From the NCBI GenBank assembly GCA_010909165.1, contig MU008158.1, positions 3,063,478-3,127,477 on the forward strand: a stretch of 64,000 nucleotides of DNA, given 5' to 3'. Source of the DNA: Anthoceros angustus (taxonomy: Eukaryota; Plantae; Anthocerotophyta). The position numbers were made by a program, and so were the translations under genes. The notes below the pieces were generated by a model, which was not told the origin of the DNA, ran no database searches, and saw only the letters and a list, made by a program, of their open reading frames with translations. This document shows positions 46,761 through 59,339 of this stretch, piece by piece (positions within the stretch are counted from its first letter, which is position 1; every line of letters starts with the position of its first letter).

Positions 46761-49740
46761 GTGGATGAGTTGTTGGCGGCAACCGACCACAGGCGAGCAG
46801 GAGAAAGCGATGCGGGGCAATGGCGTCGTCGGCGGTGAAACGCCCTTGTACCACATCCGCGAAGGGCATGTTTCGAAGGAAAGCAGGCTAAGCGCCACAC
46901 TCTTATTGCTGTCTTGGCAATCAATGTATGACATCAGTGACGTCGCCATGACAGGACTTTTGCGGCTGATTGCACCGATATTCTGCCACCCGAACTGCCT
47001 GCCCAAAGACATGTACGAGGCCAAGGCACTCTTATACATGTTTGGGCCAAGGTACGAGAAAATCCACCGTGAGAGGGACCGTGTTTTATAGGGGAGACGC
47101 CGACTACACGCATTGCCCAGAATGCGACACACCGCGGTTTAGGGAAGGGTTTGATGAGGAAGATGAAATACCGCGTAAGGTGCTTTGGCATTTTCCGTTG
47201 AAGGCACGCCTGGCGCGAATGTTTCAAATGCCACATACAGCCGAGATGATGACATGGTATGTGGGGAAACAGAGCCAGGACGGGGACATGACCATCATGG
47301 CTGACACACCAGCTTGGACAGCTCTTGATGGAGTAGACGGCTTTGGGGAAGAGCAACGAAACGTAAGGTTTGCATTGTGCACAGATGGCTTCAATCCATT
47401 TGGCCACAGGTCTGCAAACACATCCATATGGCCGGTTCTGTTGTTCGTGCACAATATGCCACCATGGGCCAGCACAAAGGATGCGAATGTGATTATGCCG
47501 TTGATTGTGCCGGGGCCTGGCATCGCCAGGAATTTCGATGTCTTTATGGCGCCTTTAATCGAGGACCTGCAGGACCTTTGGAGAGGCATGGACACGGAAG
47601 ACTTCTCCAAACCGGTCAACCATCCAAACAGGCATTTCAAACTACGAGCAGCGATTTTGCACGTCATAGCAGATTACCCAGCCTTGGGACCACAGCGGGA
47701 TTGCAAGTGAGGGGCCGTGCATGTGTTGATTCTTTGGGAGGACTTGGATTCACGTATTCTTGGACTTGAAGAAAGAAATATATGCTGGTTTTAGGAGGTG
47801 GCTTCCGCGACTGTGACGGTGACGTGCGGGCTGGTACAATGGAGTGGCAGTATCGGCCCCACCGCCCGCCATCTTCGTCGATGTCATCGAAGATATGGCG
47901 CCGAGTGAACGCGACCGCGGACGCGCCATCGAGGCCGGTTTGGAACCCGGAAGGTCGGCCTTGTTTGTAGACCTCCCATCTTGGCGGTTTTTTTGAAATG
48001 GGCACCAAAGGACGTTATGCACGCCGAGAAAACAACGCCGAAGCCATTTGGCATACGTTGAGGAGACCGAGATGACATAGCCTCGCGGATGGACATGGAA
48101 GCGAGTGGAGGGAAAGGGTGGTTATGGTCAGAGAGGATGGCCATTGCCCCGGCATATGTCCCGGTCGAGAGGAATCAAACGGGTTATTGCGGAAATGAAA
48201 CGATATAAAGCCAACGGGTTATTGCGGAAATGAAACGCATAAAGCTGCCAACGGGGTACGGATCTAACATAGCTGCGAAAATCGCGAGCGGCAAGGTTGG
48301 AGCTGAAGTGCCATGACTGGCACATAATGATGGAAGTAGTCTTCCCTATTGTCCTCCGAGGGTGCATAGACCCCGATGTGTACAAGGCGGTGGTCAAGTT
48401 AGGCCGGCTGTACAGGTGGATTTGCCAGCGGACAATACCGGGCCATGAAATCCAAGCAATGAAAGAGGAGGCAGCGAGGGTGATGTGCGATCTGGAAAAG
48501 CAATTCCCTCCAAAAATGTTTGATATATCCACTCACCTGATAATCCATCTAGTGGACGAGGTAGCTGTGCTCGGACCGGTGCACACGAGGTGGATGTACC
48601 CTGTCGAAAGATACCTTGGGACGAGGAAGCGGACTGTCCGGCAGCGCGCGAGGCCGGAGGCCAGTATAGCGTTGGGGTACTTGAAGGAGGAGAGCATGCA
48701 CTATGGGATGGCATTTTTGCGGCGTTATTATGGTCACGTTGGAGGGCTATGGAGTGCGAGGAGAGAAGGAGAGAAGGTACTCGGTCTTTGGGAGGCCGTA
48801 CAAATTGGATGCCGTGGAGACACTTATGTGTTGTACCACATGGAGGTGATGCGTTTCTAGATATGTACGAGGAAGAGGTCGGGAGGTATGGTTCACGTGG
48901 AGACCGGCGAACTTTCAAGGTTTGCATGCGGAAGGGCTGCCAACGCATGGGAGAATCACCGGCTATGACGGATGAAGTGCGCGCTATCATGGACGGTCCA
49001 CGAATGGAGGCGAGCTTATCGGCATATGTGGAACAAAGGCAGCCACCTTAGAACTATAGAGGCGATAGACGGCCGGAGCACTAAGGACAAAGGCGGTGCT
49101 CGCAAAATTTTTAATGAGCGGACGGATGAAGGTTGTGAAGGAGAGCGAGTGTTTATGGTCACATACAGAAATTTTGCGCGTGCACTGGGAGGAGTACAAG
49201 CCATGTCAAGGTTCGCATACGAGTGTGAGCCGAGTGGACCCGTGCCATCATTGCGACATCGTACCGGATTCGACCGTGAACATGGAGAGACTTTGCACAT
49301 ACAGTGCGCTCCATCGATGGCCCATTTGTGTGGCCCTCACGTAACCCAATGCATGCTACATCCAGAGGCGGATGAAGGTTGTGAAGGAGGCGAGTGTTTA
49401 TGGTCACATACAGAAATTTTGCGCGTGCACTTCGGGAGGAGTACAAGCTGTTATGAAGGTTCGTTGGTACAGTGTGAGCCGAGTGGACCCAGGCCATCAT
49501 TGCGGACATCGTTCGGATTCGACACGTGAACATGGAGAGACTTTGCACATACAGTGCGCTCCATCGATGGCCCATTTGTGTGGCCCTCACGTAACCCAAT
49601 GCATGCTACATCCGAGGCGATGGATGAAAACATCGGGTGGGTGGCGTTCCGCACAAAGACGGGATGGAGGGGTAGGAACCCATGGATTGAGGCGATAGGA
49701 ATGATCGTAATTGGGGTAGAGATGATGACGAGCAAGTGAC
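46390..49740 (+). pseudogene. tnpD: CACTA TnpD transposase (transposase-associated Cys/His domain, Transposase_21, DUF4218, DUF4216-like), frameshifted
   Basis: N-terminal CPCREC...VHC (clearest in the 44924 copy); ETPLY...SRLSATLLLL; CPECDTPRF...PRKVLWHFPLKARLARMF; RNVRFALCTDGFNPFG...SIWPVLLFVHNMPPW...FDVFMAPLIEDLQDLW...IADYPALG; LKCHDWHIMM...LEKQFPPKMFDISTHLIIHLVDE...GPVHTRWMYPVERY; KVRWY...TGFDTVN...DGPFVWPS. Confidence 0.93.
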
Positions 49741-52200
49741 GGGTTTGCCGACCTGCATAATATGGCGCGCTTGCCAGGCATATTAATCCTCCACTGTATA
49801 TGAAACGAATAAACGTCAGTACCCAGCACAGCGAACACTAAATGCCTCGAATGCACATTGGTGACGCTGTACCCGATGGTAGGCTGCCGGAAGTCAATGA
49901 ACAAGGGATATGAGTGCAGAAGCGGCGTCCGCTGGCGTCATGTTTCGTGAATTGCCTCAAGGACGCCAAGGATGGCTCATATGTTTCAAATCTAAGGCGC
50001 CGTTGTATGGAGGAGTACAAGCTGTTATCAAGGTTCGTTGGTGAGTGTGAGCCGAGTGGACCCAGCCATCATTGCGGACATCGTACACCGGATTCGACGT
50101 GAACATGGAGAGACTTTGCACATACAGTGCGCTCCATCGATGGCCCATTTGTGTGGCCCTCACAGTAACCCAATGCATGCTACATCCGAGGCGATGGATG
50201 AAAACATCGGGTGGGCGATGGCGGTTCCCCGGCACGGGATGGAGGTAGGAACCCATGGATTGAGGCGAGATAGGAATGATCGTAATTGGGGTAGAGATGA
50301 TGGCGCAAGTACGGGTTTGCCGACCTCCATAATATGGCGGGCTTGCGGGCATTAATCCTCCGATATGAAACGAATAAGCGTCGATTCGACCAGAACACTA
50401 AATGCCTCGAATGCACATTGGTGTGACCCGATGGTAGGCCGGAAGTCAATGAACAAGGGATATGAGTGCAGAAGCGGCGTCCGCTGGCGTCATGTTTCGT
50501 GAATTGCCTCAAGGACGCCAAGGATGGCTCATATGTTTCAAATCTAAGGCGCCGTTGTATGGAGGAGTACAAGTCTGTCAAGGTTCGTACGAGTGTGAGC
50601 CGAGTGGACCTGTGCCATCATTGCGACATCGACACGGATTCGACCGTGAACATGGAGAGACTTTGCACATACAGAGTGCCCATCGATGGCCCATTTGTGT
50701 GGCCCTCACGTAACCCAATGCATGCTACATCCGAGACGATGGATGAAAACATCGGGTGGGCGGTGCTCGCACCAAAGACGGGGATGGAGGGGTAGGAACC
50801 CATGGATTGAGGCGATAGGAATGATCGTAATTGGGGTAGAGATGATGACGCAAGTGACGGGTTTGCCGACCTCCATAATATGGCGGGCTTGCACATTAAT
50901 CCTCCATACGAATAAACGTCGATCAAAGACAACAACACTAAATGCCTCGAATGCACATTGGTGACGCTGCAGGCGGTAGGCTGCGGAAGTCAATGAACAA
51001 GGGATATGAGTGCGGAAGCGGCCCGCGCGCCATGTTTCGCAATTGCCTCAAGGACGCCAAGGATGGCTCATATGTTTCAAATCTAAGGCCCAGCTTGTAT
51101 GGACCGGAGTGCACGATACCGCCATGAGGGACGAAGGAAGGAAAAGGTTGCCTACGAGGGAGCCAAAAATTGCGGGAAGGAAGGTGAACGCATGCACGTA
51201 AATGGCGTGAGAGATAGAGGTGGCCAAGGATGTCGACCGTATGCGGCCGACGAACCTACCACAATCGGGAGGCGTCACGACGGCCGAGACAGAGGAAGGT
51301 GGAGGGATGAGGAGGGTAGGTCGTCTTGCCTATCCTCCTCATCCGCCCCATCCACCTTCCGCTCAATCGGCGAGCACGGTGGGAGGAGGCTGCCATCGCG
51401 CAAAGGAGGCAACAAAGCGTGAAGGAGGGAAGCACGCGATGGCGGGCATGTGTAGGTTCAGTTCGATGAAAACATCGGGTGGCGTGCGGTTCCGCACTGC
51501 AGGGGATGGAGGGGTAGGAACCCATGGATTGAGATAGGAATGATCGTAATTGGGGTAGAGATGATGGCCGCAAGTGGCGGGTTTGCCGACCTCCATAATA
51601 TGGCGGGCTTGCGGGCATTAATCCTCCATCGTATATGAAACGAATAAACGTCGATTAGACAATGAACACTAAATGCCTCGAATGCACATTGGTGACGTGT
51701 GCGATGGTAGGCCGGAAGTCAATGAACAAGGGATATGAGTGCGAGGCGGCGTCGCGTCATGTTTCGCAATTGCCTCGAAGGGCGCCAGGATGGCTCATAT
51801 GTTTCAAATCTAAGGCCGCCCGGTTATGCGGGAGTGCGATACCGCCATGAGGGGCGAAGGAAGGAAAAGGTTGCCTACTGAGGAGCGAAAAATTGCGGGG
51901 AAGGAAGGTGAGCATGCACAGAAATGGCGTGAGACGGATAGAGGTGGCCAAGGATGTCGACCGTATGCGGCCGACGAACCTACAATCGGGAGGCGTCTGA
52001 CGGCGCGACAGAGACCGTAGGAAGGTGGAGGGATGAGGAGGTAGGTCGTCTTGCCTATCCTCCTCATCCGCCCCATCCACCTTCCGCTCAATCGGCACGG
52101 TGGGAGGAGGCGCCATCGGCGCAAAGGAGGCAACAAAGCGTGAAGGAGGGAAGCCGCGATGGCGGGCATGTAGGTTCAGTTCGATGGCGTGAAACTTGGC
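49120..52200. repeat. Degenerate tandem copies (~250-720 bp units) of the TnpD 3' end and downstream sequence
   Basis: GTGAACATGGAGAGACTTTGCACATACAG at ~49276, 49526, 50099, 50646; AACACTAAATGCCTCGAATGCACATTGGTG at ~49834, 50394, 50934, 51665. Confidence 0.88.
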
Positions 52201-52389
52201 ACCTTCCATCCCGACGACGACATAATGGGCCGAGCTCGGGACATGGACCAAGAAAGCGAAATGTCTTTGGACCGTGTTAGTGTGTTGTGGCACACGATGA
52301 TATCGTGACGCCACGCAACACATTGTACTGTGTCGACATATAGACCAGATCCGGGATGAACGCGTCATTTCCATGTGCATTGTGTGAAT

Positions 52390-55300
52390 GCGCTTGGATG
52401 TGCACGAAGACGATGGATGGCAAGTAGGGGGAATGGGAACTATCAAGTGGAAGAGGAGAACAACCGTCACGCTCTCATGGAGGGAGTTGGATGTAAGAGA
52501 GGAGGACGAAAATGCGGGAATGCAGAAAGGTAGCACGAACGACGGTCGGAGGGAGGAGGACAGGAAGGACCGACGGTGCAGAGGCCCTAGAAAGGGAATG
52601 GCGGCGGAATTTGTTGCGGTGGAGGTGTCATATCAACCGCCAAGGTGGGAAGGACAGGCACAATAGATGTGAATGCCCTCGTAAATGGTGTTGATAACGA
52701 GGCCTTGGTGAATGCTTTGCTGCACAAGCATGGAGTGAAATGGCTGAGGAACGCAATTGATGAGTTGTGAAAGGCGCCGTGGCACCGCCGCGTTGTTCGG
52801 TGGGCTAAGCGAAGGAGACACGAAGAAATGCCGGAGCTAGTCAGACAAAGGTTGTGAACGACTGCACGACAAGGTGGAGGGACGTTCCAAAAGCGAGAAG
52901 GCCCGTTAATCAAGTGTGTGGCGGAAGCCTTCCCGATTTAGTGTCAAGTCGTGCATAAGTAGACATTTCTCTCAAATGACGCGGACGCGAATGCCGATGT
53001 GGATGCTCAAGGCGCTACGCTGGAAGAGAGGAAAAGGGGAACTACCTCGAATAGGAAACCTTCCATGGTGGACGATGAAGAGTGGGAAGATGCCTTAGCA
53101 TGGGCACGACACGAGCTGAAAAGGAACGGCCGTTTCAGCCATCCAAGCACGAAATAGCAGCAAGGAGAGACTAGCGAAATGGCGGTATGGGTCCAAACCC
53201 GTGGGGAAAGGGAGGTCGGACAGCCGGGTGTTGCGGTTTCACAAGCGGTATGGCACGTATCCCGCAGATGACGAGGCGGTATGGCATGCTAGAGGAACGA
53301 CAAACATGGAAGGGCTATGGGCGTCCGCGGCAGGCGATTCGGTGCGGAGTTCCTCGACGTGTGAGGAGGCAAAGTATGGACGAACCCACGAGATGCGTGA
53401 GATTGCCGGGATAACGCGGGAAAAGGATCTGCGTCAATGATATAGAGTTGGAGAAGGATCCCGATCTCGTGGCCTTCCAAGGAGGAGGATAGTGGAATGG
53501 GTCAATCCCGGACAAAGGTTGTGAGCGACACAGGGTACGACAAGGTGGAGGGACGTTCAAAAGCGGAAGGCCCGGTTAATCAAGTGTGTGGCGGAAGCCT
53601 TCCAGTTAGTCTTTGAAGTCGTGCATAAGTAGACATTTCTCTCAAATGACGCGACGCGAATGCGATGTGTGGATCTGCGAAGGCCGTTCTGGAAGAGAGG
53701 GAAAAGGGGAACTACCTCGAATAGGAAACCTTCCATGGTGGACGATGAAGAGTGGGAAGATGCCTTAGCATGGGCACGACACGAGCTGAAAAGGAACGGC
53801 CGTTTCAGCCATCCAAGCACGAAATAGCGAAGGAGAGAAATGGCGGTATGGGTCCAAACCCGTGGGGAAAGGGAGGTCGGACGGACAGGTGTTGCGGTTT
53901 CACAAGCGGTATGGCACGTATCCTGCAGATGACGAGGCGGTATGGCATGCTAGAGCGACAAACATGGAAGTGGCGGTCGCGGCGAGGCGATTCGGTGCGG
54001 AGTTCCTCGGGCGTGTGAGGGAGGCAAAGTATGGACGAACCCACGAGATGCGAGATTGCCGGATAACGCGGGAAAGGGCGTTCTTGAATGATATAGAGTT
54101 GGAGAAGGATCCCGATCTCGTGGCCTTCCAAGGAGGAGGATAGTGGGAATGGGTCAATCCTTCCCGACGGTGGGGCGCTAGATGTGAGGGAAGCCGCGAT
54201 GGCGGGCAGGTAGGTTCAGTTCGATGGCGTGGCACCTTCCATCCCGACGACGAATTGGAGCAATGCGGTAGCTGCGGACATGGACCAAGAAAGCGAAATC
54301 TTTGGACCGAGTTAGTGTGTTGTGGCACACGGATGATATCGGTGGCGCTCACGCAACACATTGTACGTGTCGACATATAGACCGGTGTCCGGATGAACGC
54401 GTCATTTCCATTGTGTGAATGCTTGGATGTGCGAAGGCGATGGATGGCAAGTAGGGGGAATGGGAACTATCAAGTGGAAGAGGAGAACAACCGTCACGCT
54501 TCCGTCTGCGGAGGGAGTTGGATGTAAGGGAGGAGGAGGGAAATGCGGGAATGCAGAAGGGTAACGAACAGCGGACGGTCGGAGGAGGAGGAGGCGGGGA
54601 AGGACCGGGTGCAGAGGCCCTGGAAAGGCAATGGCGGGCGGAATTTGTTGCAGGTGGAGGTGTCATATCAACCGGCGAAGGCGGGGAAGGACGGCACAAT
54701 AGATGTGAATGCCCTCGTAAATGGTGTTGATAACGAGGCCTTGGTGAATGCTTTGCTGCACAAGCATGGAGTGAAATGGCTGAGGAACGCATGTGAGTTG
54801 TGAAAGGCGCCGTGGCACCGCCGCGTTGTTCGGTGGGCTAAGCGAAGGAGACACGAAGAAATGCCGGAGCTAGTCAGACAAAGGTTGTGAACGACTGGGT
54901 ACGACAAGGTGGAGGGACGCTCCAAAAGCGAGAAGGCCCGTTAATCAAGTGTGTGGCGGAAGCCTTCCCGATTTAGTGTCAAGTCGTGCATAAGTAGACA
55001 TTTCTCTCAAATGACGCGGACGCGAATGCCGATGTGGATGCTCAAGGCGCTACGCTGGAAGAGAGGAAAAGGGGAACTACCTCGAATAGGAAACCTTCCA
55101 TGGTGGACGATGAAGAGTGGGAAGATGCCTTAGCATGGGCACGACACGAGCTGAAAAGGAACGGCCGTTTCAGCCATCCAAGCACGAAATAGCAGCAAGG
55201 AGAGACTAGCGAAATGGCGGTATGGGTCCAAACCCGTGGGGAAAGGGAGGTCGGACAGCCGGGTGTTGCGGTTTCACAAGCGGTATGGCACGTATCCCGC

Positions 55301-56200
55301 AGATGACGAGGCGGTATGGCATGCTAGAGGAACGACAAACATGGAAGGGCTATGGGCGTCCGCAGGCGATTCGGTGCGGAGTTCCTCGACGTGTGAGGAG
55401 GCAAAGTATGGACGAACCCACGAGATGCGTGAGATTGCCGGGATAACGCGGGAAAAGGATCTGCGTCAATGATATAGAGTTGGAGAAGGATCCCGATCTC
55501 GTGGCCTTCCAAGGAGGAGGATAGTGGAATGGGTCAATCCCGGACAAAGGTTGTGAGCGACACAGGGTACGACAAGGTGGAGGGACGTTCAAAAGCGGAA
55601 GGCCCGGTTAATCAAGTGTGTGGCGGAAGCCTTCCAGTTAGTCTTTGAAGTCGTGCATAAGTAGACATTTCTCTCAAATGACGCGACGCGAATGCGATGT
55701 GTGGATCTGCGAAGGCCGTTCTGGAAGAGAGGGAAAAGGGGAACTACCTCGAATAGGAAACCTTCCATGGTGGACGATGAAGAGTGGGAAGATGCCTTAG
55801 CATGGGCACGACACGAGCTGAAAAGGAACGGCCGTTTCAGCCATCCAAGCACGAAATAGCGAAGGAGAGAAATGGCGGTATGGGTCCAAACCCGTGGGGA
55901 AAGGGAGGTCGGACGGACAGGTGTTGCGGTTTCACAAGCGGTATGGCACGTATCCTGCAGATGACGAGGCGGTATGGCATGCTAGAGCGACAAACATGGA
56001 AGTGGCGGTCGCGGCGAGGCGATTCGGTGCGGAGTTCCTCGGGCGTGTGAGGGAGGCAAAGTATGGACGAACCCACGAGATGCGAGATTGCCGGATAACG
56101 CGGGAAAGGGCGTTCTTGAATGATATAGAGTTGGAGAAGGATCCCGATCTCGTGGCCTTCCAAGGAGGAGGATAGTGGGAATGGGTCAATCCTTCCCGAC
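52390..56200 (+). pseudogene. Probable second CACTA gene (TnpA-like), fragmented, in ~530-660 bp units nested in a ~2.03 kb duplication
   Basis: Protein-like fragments IDVNALVNGVDNEALVNALLHKHGVKWLRNA, KPSMVDDEEWEDALAWARHELKR, PWGKGG..VLRFHKRYGTYPADDEAVWHAR, FLNDIELEKDPDLVAFQGG repeated 2-4 times, same strand and downstream of TnpD. The family assignment is positional. Confidence 0.5.
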
Positions 56201-56339
56201 GGTGGGGCGCTAGATGTGAGGGAAGCCATTCGAGCAGCGGGGAGCCACAAGCATGTGGTGGAGAAAACGCGCACAAATGTGCGGAAGGAAGGACGAATGG
56301 CGGGGAAGGACGAATGGCGGCGGAACCCGACATGGAGAG

Positions 56340-57900
56340 GGACGCCACGAGGTGAACGATCAACCATGGGAGGACAGACATCAAGGTGGTAGGCCATGGA
56401 GCACCAAATGATGTAACAAAAAAAGGGTGCGACGAGAGAAGGAAACGCTTACGGTGGGGCAAACTGATACAGCGGGGCCTGTGGGCAAGGCGACCGACAT
56501 CCGACTATGGCGGCGGGCGAGGTGGTGGTCGACACCACGAACGGCCGTGGTTGTGGCGTAACAGCAAAGTCATGATCGAGGGGGCATGGTGGTGGGTGCC
56601 AAAAACGGGGCAACGAAGAACATGGTAGGAGAGGCGCCACCGTAAGTGAGTTGTACATGGGGCCGGTACACATCCGTGGAATGGCGATGCTGGACATCAA
56701 GGCCGGTAGTGGCGCAGATGGGCGGATGGACAATGGAGGCGGAGGGGGACCGTGGGGTGACGATGTGCGCAATGGTGCCAAAAACGCTCCGCGGGGCAGG
56801 AATGGAGGCGCGAGATGTAAATGAGACATCTCACGGGATCCAGCAGCCTCCAATGGATCGACGCCACGAGGTGAACGATCAACCATGGGAGGACAGGACA
56901 TCAAGGTGGTAGGCCATGGAGCACCAAATGTAACAAAAAACAGGGTGCGACAAGAGAAGGAAACGCTTACGGTGGGGCAAACTGATACAGCGGGGCCTGT
57001 GGGCAAGGCGACCGACATCCGACTATGGCGGCGGGCGAGGTGGTGGTCGACACCACGAACGGCCGTGGTTGTGGCGTAACAGCAAAGTCATGATCGAGGG
57101 GGCATGGTGGTGGGTGCCAAAAACGGGGCAACGAAGAACATGGTAGGAGAGGCGCCACCGTAAGTGAGTTGTACATGTGTACACATCCGTGGAATGGCGA
57201 TGCTGGACATCAAGGCCGGTAGTGGCGCAGATGGGCGGATGGACAATGGAGGCGGAGGGGGACCGTGGGGTGACGATGTGCGCAATGGTGCCAAAAACGC
57301 TCCGGGGTGCAGGAATGGAGGCGCGAGATGTAAATGAGACATCATCACGGGATCCAGCAGCCTCCAATGGATCGACGCCACGAGGTGAACGATCAACCAT
57401 GGGAGGACAGGACATCAAGGTGGTAGGCCATGGAGCACCAAATGTAACAAAAAACAGGGTGCGACAAGAGAAGGAAACGCTTACGGTGGGGCAAACGTGA
57501 TGCAGGGCAGCTGTGGGCAAGGCGATCGACATCGCCGACTATGGCGAGGGCGATGAGGTGGTGGTCCCAGACACCACGAACGGCCGTGGTTGTGGCGTAA
57601 CATAGCAAAGGGTCATGATCGAGAGGGGGCATGGTGGGTGCCTCGGGAAAACGGGGCAACGAAGAACATGGTAGGGAGAGGGGCGCCACCGTAAGTGAGT
57701 TGTACATACACATCCGTGGAATGCAGACATATCAAGGCCGGTAGTGGCGCAACAGATGGGCGTGATGGACAATGGAGGCGTGAGGGGGACCGTGGGGTGA
57801 CGACATGTGTGCGCAATGGTGCCAAAAACGTTGCCATCGCGGGCAGGAATGGAGGCGAGATGTAAATGAGACATCTCACGGGATCCAGCCTCCAATGGAT
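56340..57900. repeat. ~520-bp tandem repeat, 3 copies
   Basis: GACGCCACGAGGTGAACGATCAACCATGGGAGGAC at ~56341, 56860, 57374. Confidence 0.9.
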
Positions 57901-59339
57901 GATCGGCCACGACATGGTGACGATGAGGAAGAGCAGGAGGTGGCGGAAGAGGATGGAGATGTGAACGCGCCTGCGAACTTTGTACCCGACACATACCGGC
58001 CGAGCCGATGCCGAGAGCATGGACCGCATGGGCTCCAAAAAGGTGACGCAACCTATGGAGGATGGAGGAGGCCAAGAGGAAAGGAAGGGAATGCCCGGCA
58101 AGGCGATGGGGAAGGAAGAGTTACGGTCGAGGCGTGGCAGCCAAGGAACGTGACAAGCACGCAATCGGAGGCGGAAGTGGGCGGAAACAAAACAAAGAGA
58201 AGGCCGAGAAGGTAAGCTCGCAAATTGCAACGCACTCGCCACCGCTTGTGCTTACAGCCAAGGGCCATGGAATGGCATGTGGTCATATGTTCTGCAAATC
58301 CCGGAAGCAGTGGAATCGCGAGCTGCAGACGGAAGGAAAAACCAGCACCGCTTGAGGAAGGAAGGGCAAAATCGGTAACTGTGGTGGGAGGTGCAGTTCC
58401 ACCGCTGCACGACGAGGAGTAGGCCTTCACCGAAACGAACGGGCGGGCAACAGAGAATGCCAACCACAACCCCAATTCACCCCTCCAGCGAGGAGGGAGC
58501 ACGGAGGTCGCGGATGGAGATTGCGGTTCATTCCTCGCGACGAGTGAGCACGGACACCGCGGATGCGGATGCCGGTAGATTCATCCGCTACCGAGGGAGG
58601 ACGCCAATTTTGGATGTGGATGCGGCAAAGAACCGCATGTTATCTCAGAGGGTGCGAAACTACGCCTTCGTTGTTCTTGTGGACTAAGGGTTTCCAAAAC
58701 AATTTATACGGGACGCCCACAAGGGCACGAAATACGAGTGACGTGAAAGGCACCGCAGGAATAGGGTGGAAACAACGCCAGAAATTTGCAGCCGTATTGC
58801 AAAACGGAGTGGACAAATACGGATACCACTTGTAATGTACATAATTTGAAAAGGCATCGATATAAATTTTGAGTAATGACATCGGGCAATACGCACTGGA
58901 AGCCAAGGCATATTATATACTTATAGTCCGTACACGATAACAATAAAGGCGGGGAAAAACAAAGGAATGAAAGCAATAATGGCAAACCCACATGGGAAGG
59001 AGGTTCGTACCAAGCCCGCAAAATCAGAACATAAGAGGGTGTAACACTTTGGTTGTTGCAAATATGTTGAAATTTTGAAAGGGCCAAATACCGCCTCTCA
59101 CTACAATGCAACAAAATTGCAACAAGACTGTAACGCGATTGTAACAAGATGGAGGGTTGGTTACCAAGCCTGACTGTAACAAGGGGCCAAATAAGTGTAA
59201 CAAGACCCCAAGATTTCAACATATTTGCAACATGGGGGGGTTCAAATCTTAACAAAAAGTGTAACATAGGGGGCCATTTCTAGTAGGGCATTTCCGAACC
59301 TGAATGGATGGCGGAATAACAGATGGATATTGAGTATGA

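Larger units (their letters stand above)
34147..59288 (+). mobile_element. CACTA/EnSpm DNA transposon, ~25 kb as assembled, with CCCTA termini and 3-bp TSD (CAT)
   Basis: Left CAT|CCCTACTAGAAATGGCCCCTATGTTAC (34147-34173); right GTAACATAGGGGGCCATTTCTAGTAGGG|CAT (59261-59288): TIRs identical but for one homopolymer base; TGTTAC/GTAACA and TTGCAA subterminal motifs; internal TnpD. Confidence 0.95.
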
